Positions 7,888-17,173 of a DNA stretch of 64,000 bases are shown in pieces. Under the pieces are notes generated by a model, which had not been told where the DNA came from, did no database searches, and worked only from the letters and a program-made list of their open reading frames with translations. Position numbers and translations under genes: made by a program. The first letter of the stretch is position 1. The number at the start of each line of letters is the position of its first letter. Source of the DNA: Promethearchaeota archaeon. Lineage in GTDB: Archaea; Asgardarchaeota; Heimdallarchaeia; Hodarchaeales; Hodarchaeaceae. The DNA is taken from the NCBI GenBank assembly GCA_048938105.1, contig JBHLMN010000016.1, positions 1-64,000 on the forward strand, read 5' to 3'.

Positions 7888-9435
7888 TCACAAGGGCTTT
7901 AGATCTATCATTTCTACATTTCCTGAGACAGTGTCAAGAACATAAACTATTCCGATCGAAACATCTCCTCCTATGTGAAACTCTTTTTCGTGTTTTCGTT
8001 GAAATGTTCCGCAAGTGATAATTTTTACGCCTTTATACTCCTCAAAATGTGCTTGGTGGAAATGACCTGAGACAACCACTTCAGGCATCTCATCTATGAC
8101 TAAATAATCCTTTTTAAAAGGAGCTAAGGGATAAAATGACCCATATTCAGGACAAAGATGTCGATACTCCAAAAGGTGTTTAATCCCTGCAATTGGGTTG
8201 AATTGTTCTTGTTGGGATTGTTGATAAAGAGTATAATTACCTTGCCCGTGAAACACTAACAAGTTCAAATTCTCTACGGATAAACGTACAGGATTACCAT
8301 AGCTGGTCAGATTTGGCAAAGCTAGAAGTGGTTTTCCAATCTTTTTGTCTATCGCTGGTTGAGGAAGGGCTGTATGTGTTGCGTCATGTTCTCCAGGAAT
8401 AACAATAATTTGTATGTGCGCTGGAATTTCCATTAGCGATGTTGCTAGGTTTTCATATTGTATTTGGATGGAATGAGCCGAGATTTGGTCTTTTTGATCT
8501 GAAAAATGCCCCACTCCATCTACAAGATCCCCTGCGATTATAATACAATCAATTTCTGAAGCGATATTCTCATATAATGGATTTAAATCCTTCAAAGTTA
8601 AAAATTTTATTAATTTAGCAAATACACTTCTTGAAAAATATTTTGAACCAAAATGTATGTCAGCGATGAATAGAATTTTACGAGATTCAGAGGTAGGTTT
8701 GAATTTTATTGGTGAAAACCCTGGTCTTATGATATTTTTTCCCCAAAAAGCCGTTATATCCCCCCCTTTAAAATTCTTTGGTAACACACCTGATATACCA
8801 ATTACAGTATCTCTGAGAATCTCTCGATATTTAGGAAAACTCTCACTATCCTGAACCATTACGCAATTAGTTATTATTTCGCTTTCTGGATCCTCCAGTT
8901 GGATAACAAACTTATTTGTATGAAGGACTCGAGTATCTTGAACCATCCCAATGATAATTCCAGTTTTAATAAGTGGAATTTCTTCTACTGAGAGATTTCT
9001 TTTTAATATCGCCTCAGAGTGATTGAGGTTTCTCTTAAGAATATTAGAAAGCTGTTCATAACGATCCTGAAATAATTGTCTAAAAGCAGGAATATCTGGT
9101 TTATCAGCTGTTCGTTCAGGGATATCAGTCTTTACTGTGATATGTGAAGTAAGCTTTCGAATTGAAGGAGTAATGGGTTCTTTTTTCTGGATTCGTTCAA
9201 TTTGTTTAGTTTTTTCTTTAATTTCTTCTTTAATGGGTTGAGAAGACTGATCAAGCGGTTCTAGGTATTCTTCTACCGTTTTTAGGTTGACTACAGGAAT
9301 GTCTTTGGGGATCCTTGCAACTTTTTTTTTCAGAGCTTCTTCTGATGCATTTTTTTGTAATAAATAATCCAAAGTGTCTTCTGTAACATTGAAGTTATGT
9401 TCTAAGAAGATTTTAATAAGATCTATTCTTTCCAA
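7888..9435 (-). CDS. DNA polymerase D small subunit DP1 (divergent)
   Basis: F-x-DRY, OB-fold region, phosphoesterase motifs DIHFGS, GDLVDG, PGEHD, FHG, RHLCP, GHFH. Confidence 0.9.
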   Translation of the reverse strand: MERIDLIKIFLEHNFNVTEDTLDYLLQKNASEEALKKKVARIPKDIPVVNLKTVEEYLEPLDQSSQPIKEEIKEKTKQIERIQKKEPITPSIRKLTSHITVKTDIPERTADKPDIPAFRQLFQDRYEQLSNILKRNLNHSEAILKRNLSVEEIPLIKTGIIIGMVQDTRVLHTNKFVIQLEDPESEIITNCVMVQDSESFPKYREILRDTVIGISGVLPKNFKGGDITAFWGKNIIRPGFSPIKFKPTSESRKILFIADIHFGSKYFSRSVFAKLIKFLTLKDLNPLYENIASEIDCIIIAGDLVDGVGHFSDQKDQISAHSIQIQYENLATSLMEIPAHIQIIVIPGEHDATHTALPQPAIDKKIGKPLLALPNLTSYGNPVRLSVENLNLLVFHGQGNYTLYQQSQQEQFNPIAGIKHLLEYRHLCPEYGSFYPLAPFKKDYLVIDEMPEVVVSGHFHQAHFEEYKGVKIITCGTFQRKHEKEFHIGGDVSIGIVYVLDTVSGNVEMIDLKPL

Positions 9436-9764
9436 TACAATTTAAACCCCAAAAACATCTGATAGGCACAATGATGGTATATGGAGATAAAATCTTTGAT
9501 ATTATCAAATTTCTTTAAACATCATGTAATTTAAGAATATTTTACTAAAAAAGATAGCGCTCTATTTTCAAGCGAAATTACTCATTTTTCATTCTCTTTG
9601 AGAAAATATAATATTGATTTTATTTTGGAGGGAATAAATTTGCTAAGTGAATAGAAAATATAATCAATAACCCCATATAGATTTTATGGTTTACTATTAA
9701 TAGAAACGGTACGACAACTATACTGTCAGTCTGGTTGATTTACATCTTTAAGATATAAACGAAT

Positions 9765-11942
9765 TTAAGGTGTAATAGCTCCTGGGGGAATAATTTCCCA
9801 TTTAATTCGCCAAATGTATATCCATTTGTGTGTTGTTCTATAAGCAAGCTCATAATAATTCGCATACTCTGTGTAAGCATCAGAAAAACCTTTTGTTGTA
9901 GGAGCATTTTCAGTTATTGGAGCGTATGATTTAATTCGTTCGAAAGATTCGGTTGAGACACCTGCTTCATCTGAGGCTCCTCCTCCAGTAAACAATGACC
10001 AAAATACTGAGTCATAAAACTTGTTGACATAGCCTTGAATATATTGACCTCTCGAATCGTACTCAAGGTAATCATCTGGATCTATTTGGATGATATTACC
10101 ATTGGCGGCTCCAATGCGAATAAACCAAGGGACTTTCCCAAGGTCAGAATCAAGTTGATACCATCCATCAGAGACCAAAAGGACAATATAGGTTACATCG
10201 TATATTTTTGCAATTTTTAAAGAGTCTGGAGGATTGAGAACCAATAAACATCCAATATTACCAATTTTTGTCTTATTACCTGTAGAATTATCCACTAAAA
10301 TCGTGGTATTTGAATTTCCACTTATCCAGTATCCATAATCCCACCAAGATGCTGTCACATCCGTTGGTCCTGTGTGATAATCTAACCATGCTATTGCTTC
10401 CTGCCAGTCCTTTCCTAGAATAACCTGTTGTCCTGTATATACAGGGGTAAGTATTGAAGGAGCTTGTGTTGTTTTAATAGATGCATCCACAGCTGTACCA
10501 ACAGAATATAATAAAAAAAGGCCTATGAATAAGAAAGCGATTGCAGTTTGTTCATTTGATAGGGGTTGTGTAAAGCGAGTTTTACGGCGACTTAGTGCGA
10601 ATCGTTCTTGGAATGCTAATACAAAAGGTAATAAAGTTTGGTCGATGGCTTTTGCTGCTAATAATGAAATAGCTGGAGCCAATATCAGAGCTAATCTTAC
10701 CATAGAACCAGCGAAATATATTGCTGTAATACCGAATAATAAGAGGAGTATATTCCTTTCAGTTGGTTTTTCATAGAGGTAATAGATACATAATGGTATT
10801 AAAAAAACTAATATTCCAACATTTCTGAAGAATGTAGCCCAAGTTACAATTTGATGTTCACTAACTGATTTTAAAATAGGAGCTTCATCTCGGAATACTG
10901 GTAAAAGAACTGTTACAAATTTTGATGATATATTAGTTAGTTGGCCTGCTAATAATAATACTATGAATATTAAAACTGTAGCGACTCCAATAAAAGGAAT
11001 AAGTGTTTTAAAGCGAGTTTGTATTTGTGTTGTGTCATAAAAGGTATTAATATAACGATAAATTTCTGCTAGGGTTAACAAACCAAGGACACCTAGACAA
11101 GTTAAAGCGTCCGTTGCTAGGATTGATTTTGGCCCATTTCTCGGGATTAATGTCATGATAAAGAAGCCTACAAGAATTGTTCCCCCGTACGAAAGAAATA
11201 ATCTTTCTGAATGTTTTTTAAGAAGCAACATGACAAATGCGTGAATTGCTATCAAGTTAAAAGCGTAAGTCGAAGCACCCCACGATCCAGATAAGATTCC
11301 AAGGCAAATTCCTGATATTATTGTTGTAATAACTGACCCAGTCCGTAAGGATCGCGCATAGAAATACAATGCAAGGACAAGGAAAAGAATTCCCAGTGAT
11401 TCATTGTCAAAGAACCCTACTACAGTTCGTTGTAAGTGACCAGCTGAAATTGCTAGTAAGAGTGCAGCAAGTAGACCAACTTTTTTATTTCCAAGCTCTT
11501 TACCTAGAAAATAGATTGCTACACAGGTTAAGGCTCCAAACAGAGCGGGTTGATAATAACAAACAACCAATAATGGAATATCGAGGCCCAAAAATACTGT
11601 TATTTGATATAAAAGGACCGCTGAAAGAGGTGTTCCAATGTATAACCCTCGTCCCCAGAATCGTCCTTCAGGGTACCATGTTTGATTATCGACCCAGCTT
11701 AAAAATTGAGCAAGACCATGTTCTTGAATATATACTGCAGCACGGTATTGTGCGAAGGGATCATTAGCTGTAAGGATAATTTCGTATGGTCTAATGACTG
11801 AGAATATTCTAACAAGGTAAGCTAAAATGAAAATCAAAATGATAGCAGAATAGTTGAGAAGCATTTCTTTGTTAATCGTTGTTATAGCAGTATTATAGCG
11901 ATTTCTGAGGTCATCTAAGATTTTGTCTATGAAGATAGGCAT
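9765..11942 (-). CDS. aglB: Oligosaccharyltransferase AglB/STT3 (eukaryote-like)
   Basis: Multi-TM N-terminus, DP/FDNE acidic motifs, SVSEHQ, WWDYG, DNST, DLGK-x-PWFIRIG. Confidence 0.95.
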   Translation of the reverse strand: MPIFIDKILDDLRNRYNTAITTINKEMLLNYSAIILIFILAYLVRIFSVIRPYEIILTANDPFAQYRAAVYIQEHGLAQFLSWVDNQTWYPEGRFWGRGLYIGTPLSAVLLYQITVFLGLDIPLLVVCYYQPALFGALTCVAIYFLGKELGNKKVGLLAALLLAISAGHLQRTVVGFFDNESLGILFLVLALYFYARSLRTGSVITTIISGICLGILSGSWGASTYAFNLIAIHAFVMLLLKKHSERLFLSYGGTILVGFFIMTLIPRNGPKSILATDALTCLGVLGLLTLAEIYRYINTFYDTTQIQTRFKTLIPFIGVATVLIFIVLLLAGQLTNISSKFVTVLLPVFRDEAPILKSVSEHQIVTWATFFRNVGILVFLIPLCIYYLYEKPTERNILLLLFGITAIYFAGSMVRLALILAPAISLLAAKAIDQTLLPFVLAFQERFALSRRKTRFTQPLSNEQTAIAFLFIGLFLLYSVGTAVDASIKTTQAPSILTPVYTGQQVILGKDWQEAIAWLDYHTGPTDVTASWWDYGYWISGNSNTTILVDNSTGNKTKIGNIGCLLVLNPPDSLKIAKIYDVTYIVLLVSDGWYQLDSDLGKVPWFIRIGAANGNIIQIDPDDYLEYDSRGQYIQGYVNKFYDSVFWSLFTGGGASDEAGVSTESFERIKSYAPITENAPTTKGFSDAYTEYANYYELAYRTTHKWIYIWRIKWEIIPPGAITP

Positions 11943-12111
11943 ATTTCTGTTTCACCTTGGCAGTTCTCTACTGGACAGTTGGTATCCATGAGAAAAATAG
12001 TTTTTTATTTTAAAACGACTTACTTGCTTAACGAACGGCACTCTTTTACAAGATTTTATTTGTGTAATGTAATACAATATTTTAATTGTTTCATGAAATC
12101 TTCAACGATTT

Positions 12112-12456
12112 ATGGTGTCAATAATGACAAAACAACCAATAGATATAGATATAGAGTTATTTGAGCTCATGTTTCCAGGAAAACTCATAGGAAAAGCCGT
12201 TATTGATGCAAATGCACGTATGATTGGGGTTATTCGTAATATTAGAATTCAAATCCCCTCACCAACTATTAGTTTGACTGTTAAGGGTCTTGATACCGAA
12301 TTTAGTGTTAAGTCAGAAGATATTCAAGCAATTGGTAACGTTGTACAATTGAATGTTGTTATAAAACATTCTGAACCAGTTGAAGTAAATGATATAATGA
12401 AGTTAAGGAATGAAATACAAGAAGAACTAATCCACTTTTTTTCGTTATTAAAATAA
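12112..12456 (+). CDS. PRC-barrel domain protein
   Basis: LIGKAVIDANARMIGVIRNI...IQAIGNVV pattern. Confidence 0.7.
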   Translation: MVSIMTKQPIDIDIELFELMFPGKLIGKAVIDANARMIGVIRNIRIQIPSPTISLTVKGLDTEFSVKSEDIQAIGNVVQLNVVIKHSEPVEVNDIMKLRNEIQEELIHFFSLLK

Positions 12457-12729
12457 TAATTGAAGGAAGTAAGAATTAACGTCTTAATAGGCATTATTAA
12501 TAGGGGAACTTGAAATGAAATTTTTTAGATGTTCTCTTGACCTTTTGTAGACATATAAAACAAGAAAAATGGTTTCTAATTTCTATTCCCTTTGAAGCTA
12601 TATAATCATGATTTTGATAATAAACGTCTATAATGAAAAAAAAGCAATCTTATCAACTTACAATGAAAAACATTTAATTAATTGTTGGATTTCTTGTTTT
12701 AAGCCATTAGAATATTTTTAGGGAAAATT

Positions 12730-13593
12730 ATGGTAAATAGGAGTCGTCTGACATCTTGGTTGATGCATTTAAGAGGTAGACGTGGTAAGCAGGTTATTAA
12801 CCATACTGTAAAAATGTTTCGTTTCCATATGACACCCTTTTCTCAATTATTACAAAGGATCTTTGAAACACTTGCTGAATATGATGCTAAATTCACGTTT
12901 CCACTTGTGGCAGCAACAGCTCAGTCAAACACTTCATTAGTTGAATATTTAAAGTTATTTCCCCATGAAATAGCTATTCATGGATATAAGCATGTAAAAT
13001 ATCCGTTTCTATCACCTAAACAGCAGGTAATTGAATTAACGAAGGCTATCAATATCTTCAAGGAATTAAAAATTCCTTATCAAGGTTTTAGAGCACCATA
13101 CAATTCATATTCAGAAACTACAATGGAATTAGTAGAGAGATTTGGATTTAAATGGGATGGAGGAATAGGATATCGTCGGGAGTATAGACATGGACATAAA
13201 TTCTTCCAAATTAAATTAAAAAATGGAAAAATGTCGTCTTATACCTGTATTCCTTTATGTGAGTGGTCTGATGACCGGATGATCGATAAATACAAACTTT
13301 CAGTAGAAAAAATGGCTAAAATCTTGATATTTCACTTAGAAAAAGCCCGCAAGGTCAATGGCCTTGTTATGTACGATCTTCATCCAATAAGGATTGGACA
13401 AAAAAAGTACATTCGGAGTTTAAGTGAGTTACTCCTTCATGCAAGGAAAATTGGCGCGTGGGTACCCACAATTTCGGAAGCAATAGACTATTGGTCAAAA
13501 AACCAGCGATGGAAAAGGGATGCACCTGTATGTTGCCTTCTTACGGGGGATATAGATAATTTCACATTTTTTGATTATATGAGAAGAACTTGA
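12730..13593 (+). CDS. Polysaccharide deacetylase family protein
   Basis: KFTFP, HEIAIHGYKH, GFRAPY, LHP motifs. Confidence 0.85.
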   Translation: MVNRSRLTSWLMHLRGRRGKQVINHTVKMFRFHMTPFSQLLQRIFETLAEYDAKFTFPLVAATAQSNTSLVEYLKLFPHEIAIHGYKHVKYPFLSPKQQVIELTKAINIFKELKIPYQGFRAPYNSYSETTMELVERFGFKWDGGIGYRREYRHGHKFFQIKLKNGKMSSYTCIPLCEWSDDRMIDKYKLSVEKMAKILIFHLEKARKVNGLVMYDLHPIRIGQKKYIRSLSELLLHARKIGAWVPTISEAIDYWSKNQRWKRDAPVCCLLTGDIDNFTFFDYMRRT

Positions 13594-13611
13594 TTATGAG
13601 GTTGATTTTAA

Positions 13612-14103
13612 TTGACAAATTGGTCGATTGGTATTGATATCATTGAAATTCAACGATTTAGAATGTTCCTTCCTTCGAAACATTCTCGTTTTTATGAACG
13701 TGTCTTTAGTGAATATGAGTTTCAATACTGTATTGATTTTTCTGACCCTTATCCTCATTTTGCGGGGATTTTTGCTGCAAAAGAGGCAATCTTTAAAGCA
13801 TTAAATAAGCTATTACCAATAAAGCTTACTCAAATTTCAATCAGACATGATAAAAATGGGAGACCTATAGTTTCATCTAGAGATGATTTATTGTCTCTTC
13901 CTACGGCTAATAAATGGTTGAATAACAATCATAATCTTGAAGTTCAAGTCAGCATAGCACACACCAATGAGCTGGCTATAGCATGGGCGGTAGCATTTTC
14001 ACGAGTATCTGATTTTGAATTATTGGAGAATTTAAGTGAAGTTATAGTTGAATTTAAACAAGGGGTTTATGATGAATTACTCAAGTATCGATGTATTTCG
14101 TAA
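13612..14103 (+). CDS. acpS: Holo-ACP synthase (4'-phosphopantetheinyl transferase)
   Basis: IGIDIIEI-x-RF, FAAKEAIFKAL, G-x-P, VSIAH. Confidence 0.9.
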   Translation: MTNWSIGIDIIEIQRFRMFLPSKHSRFYERVFSEYEFQYCIDFSDPYPHFAGIFAAKEAIFKALNKLLPIKLTQISIRHDKNGRPIVSSRDDLLSLPTANKWLNNNHNLEVQVSIAHTNELAIAWAVAFSRVSDFELLENLSEVIVEFKQGVYDELLKYRCIS

Positions 14104-15928
14104 ACAGAATGATTTACTTGAATTGATTCGTAAAGAATCAACTCATAGAAACTATTGGAATGTGTACAAGCGAATTAAGAAGTTAGATTTTTCAAATGTA
14201 GAAATACCCTCTCACCAACGTATAAACATCGCATTATTGAGTTCTTTCACTATTGACCCATTGGCAATTTATCTTGATATTGATTGTCGTTTAAAAGGCC
14301 TTTTTCCAGAAATTTACATTGCTCCATTTAATCGGTTTCACGAAGAGGTAATTAATGAAAATAGTGACCTATACAAATCTCAACCAGATGTGGTTATATT
14401 TTTTGTAGAGGTTGAATCATTATTAGATGAAATGTTCAGGTTTAAATTTCCTCAAATGAAAACAGAAAATAAGAATGTTGAATTAGATAGAGTTATTCAT
14501 AATATTAGTCAAATCTTGACATTATTCAATCGAAGGAGTGAATCGCTAGTCCTTTTCAGTAATTTTATATTACCTCCATTTTCTCCCTTTGGAATCCTGG
14601 ATAATAAACAAGAAATTGGATTCAAGCGTTTTTATCAATTATTAAACATACGACTGGAGAAATCATATAGAAATAACAAACAAATATTCATATTTGATCT
14701 CAATGAAGTTGCTAGCAATTACGGCAAAGATAATTACAAGAATTATCCAATGTATTATCGAGGCTCATTTCTATTCAAAGAATCTTTCATACCACATATT
14801 TCTTACGAGTTGATGGGGTACATTAATGCACTAAAATCGAAGAATAGGAAATGTATTGTTCTTGATTTAGATGGAACTCTTTGGGGTGGTATTATTGGGG
14901 AAGATGAGCTCGATGGAATTAAACTTAATGTTACTTATCCTGGCATTGAATTTCTGGACTTTCAACGTTCTCTCCTTAGCTTGAACAATAGGGGGATAAT
15001 TTTGGCTGTAAACAGCAAGAATAATCCCGAGGATGCTCTTGAGGTTTTCCAAAAACATCCCTTTATGCTTATAAAAGAAAAAAATCTAGCTGCTCACCGT
15101 ATTAATTGGAATGATAAAGTAAAAAACCTTATTGAATTGAGTAAGGAAATTAACATTGGATTAGATAGTATGGTTTTTTTTGATGACAATCCGATAGAAC
15201 GTGAACGTGTGAGGACATCCTTACCTGAAGTTCACGTTGTCGAGCTGCCTTCTAATCCTGCTTTGTTTCGACAAGCTTTAGAAAAATTAAATGACTTTAA
15301 TACGTTATCACTGACTAGAGAGGATCTTAACCGTAGCGAAATGTATTACGCAAGACGAAAACGCCAGGTTCTCGAACAACAAGTACAATCTGTTGAGGAA
15401 TTTATCAAGTCGTTGAACATTGTAGCAAAAATTCGATATGCTGATGATTCAGTACTTCCACGTGTCACAAGTCTTCTGAATCGGACAAATCAATTTAATT
15501 TAACAACTAGGCGGTATACTGAAGCAGAGATCCGTCAAATGCATTCTGACAGAGAAGGACATCTCTTTTACACCCTAGAAGTCCATGATAAATTTGGACA
15601 TGAAGGAACCGTTGGTGTCGCGATTGTTAAAGTAAAATCTGCAGAAACATATCTAATAGATAGTTTTCTTATGAGTTGTAGGGTAATCGGTAGAAAAATC
15701 GAAACTACATTTCTATATAAAATAATAAAGGATGTTCAAAATAAAAAAGTCAAAAATCTAGAAGCTGAATACATTCCCTCAAAGAAAAACTCATTAGTAA
15801 AGGATTTTTATCCAAAACATAGCTTTAAGTTAGTAGAAAAGCGAAATGATGGATATACACGATGGGTACTCCAGCCTCTTGATTCCAAGGTAATCTATCC
15901 TGAATACATTCAGGTAGTTGAAGAATGA
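14048..15928 (+). CDS. FkbH-like HAD-IIIC glyceryl-ACP transferase/phosphatase
   Basis: KCIVLDLDGTLWGG, SKN, FFDDNP-x-ER, RTNQFNLT, LMSCRV-x-GR. Confidence 0.93.
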   Translation: MNLNKGFMMNYSSIDVFRKQNDLLELIRKESTHRNYWNVYKRIKKLDFSNVEIPSHQRINIALLSSFTIDPLAIYLDIDCRLKGLFPEIYIAPFNRFHEEVINENSDLYKSQPDVVIFFVEVESLLDEMFRFKFPQMKTENKNVELDRVIHNISQILTLFNRRSESLVLFSNFILPPFSPFGILDNKQEIGFKRFYQLLNIRLEKSYRNNKQIFIFDLNEVASNYGKDNYKNYPMYYRGSFLFKESFIPHISYELMGYINALKSKNRKCIVLDLDGTLWGGIIGEDELDGIKLNVTYPGIEFLDFQRSLLSLNNRGIILAVNSKNNPEDALEVFQKHPFMLIKEKNLAAHRINWNDKVKNLIELSKEINIGLDSMVFFDDNPIERERVRTSLPEVHVVELPSNPALFRQALEKLNDFNTLSLTREDLNRSEMYYARRKRQVLEQQVQSVEEFIKSLNIVAKIRYADDSVLPRVTSLLNRTNQFNLTTRRYTEAEIRQMHSDREGHLFYTLEVHDKFGHEGTVGVAIVKVKSAETYLIDSFLMSCRVIGRKIETTFLYKIIKDVQNKKVKNLEAEYIPSKKNSLVKDFYPKHSFKLVEKRNDGYTRWVLQPLDSKVIYPEYIQVVEE

Positions 15929-16173
15929 TGACGAAAGTTCAAGAAATTTATGAAGATATTATTTGTAAGATCCTTCTATTGGAAAGAGATATGATAAGCA
16001 ATGATATTTCCCAAGAAAGTCTCGAAATCTGGGATTCAATGACTCATCTTGCTTTGGTATCTGAATTGGAACAGGCTTTTGATATTTTTCTCTCCGATGA
16101 TGACATCTTGGAGATAAAAACAATTGGTGATATAAAAAAAATTCTTGATAAGTATGGAATTAAAGTCATGTGA
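15925..16173 (+). CDS. Acyl carrier protein
   Basis: Acidic 82-aa protein with WDSM phosphopantetheine serine and LE-x-x-FDI. Confidence 0.9.
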   Translation: MMTKVQEIYEDIICKILLLERDMISNDISQESLEIWDSMTHLALVSELEQAFDIFLSDDDILEIKTIGDIKKILDKYGIKVM

Positions 16174-16193
16174 GACAATACCAATATATGTAA

Positions 16194-16670
16194 TCATTTT
16201 TTTTCTTCTTTCTTCTTAAGTTTCCCTTTTTTGGGCCTCGGTAATTCAGAAATTATTCGTGCTGGATTACCAGCAGCGATTCTAAAGTCAGGGATTGCAC
16301 GATTAACAACAGCTCCAGAAGCTACAATTGATCCTTCGCCAATTATTGCTCCTGGAAGGATGATTGCCCCTGATCCAATCCATGCACCACGTTTGATATG
16401 CACTGGTTTTGGTTGCTGTTTAAAGATACCAGTTTGCTGGTGATAAGGGCTTCCTCCAGAATGAGCCAAAATCAAAGCTAAGGGCCCAATACTAGCATCA
16501 TCTTCAACTGTGATCAAGTGTGGATATTGACTATCAATAAAGACTAGATTTCCTATGTACACACGCCTCCCAATGTTCACACCACATCTACGCCACACAC
16601 TAGCCCTAAATTGGTATATAGGGGCAATCCAGGCTAAAATACGGAGAATTCTTCCCAAAATTCGTCCCAA
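16194..16670 (-). CDS. Hexapeptide-repeat (LbH) acyltransferase
   Basis: IG hexapeptide repeats, AWIG, GNPAR. Confidence 0.88.
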   Translation of the reverse strand: MGRILGRILRILAWIAPIYQFRASVWRRCGVNIGRRVYIGNLVFIDSQYPHLITVEDDASIGPLALILAHSGGSPYHQQTGIFKQQPKPVHIKRGAWIGSGAIILPGAIIGEGSIVASGAVVNRAIPDFRIAAGNPARIISELPRPKKGKLKKKEEKK

Positions 16671-16778
16671 TTACAATCACCAACCAGTTAAGAGTTTATA
16701 CTCAAAGAATTGATATTTAGTAAATCAAATAAAGTTTTGAGTTTAATCCTTAAGAATTCAGTTATTAATTTCTTATTA

Positions 16779-17150
16779 TTACTTAATTCTTGCGATTTTA
16801 GTAATTAAGTTGAGTAATAAATCCATTATTTCAAGAATAGTTTTTATTTCTTCAAAATCTTCACAGTCTGCAAGCTTTTGAGTCATATAGTTTAATTTTC
16901 CAGTTAAAATGTCTTGTGTCATTTCGCGGGTTTCTGAAAATGAGTAAGCATGTTCAATTTCTTTTACTTCGTCTTCAGAACTCACAAATACAGCTTTTCT
17001 GCCACATTTTGGGCAAAATGTATTCTCATTCTTCTTAAATAGAGGAACTTTACAATCTGGACAAGATTCTGTTAACATTGTAGCTCCTGAAAGTAATAGA
17101 GTACTCATCTGCTTAATATCAGATGAGGAATCTTTCTCTTTATTCGACAT
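16779..17150 (-). CDS. UPF0148/SSSCA1 (autoantigen p27) zinc-ribbon protein
   Basis: LLSGATML-x-x-SCPDC-x-x-PLF...CPKC. Confidence 0.88.
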   Translation of the reverse strand: MSNKEKDSSSDIKQMSTLLLSGATMLTESCPDCKVPLFKKNENTFCPKCGRKAVFVSSEDEVKEIEHAYSFSETREMTQDILTGKLNYMTQKLADCEDFEEIKTILEIMDLLLNLITKIARIK

Positions 17151-17173
17151 TGGAGATAAGACCTTTGTACTAT

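Noticed and set aside
10696-10705. TCTTACCATA match to the origin 15-mer inside aglB
   Set aside because: Only 10 nt, within coding sequence; compatible with chance.
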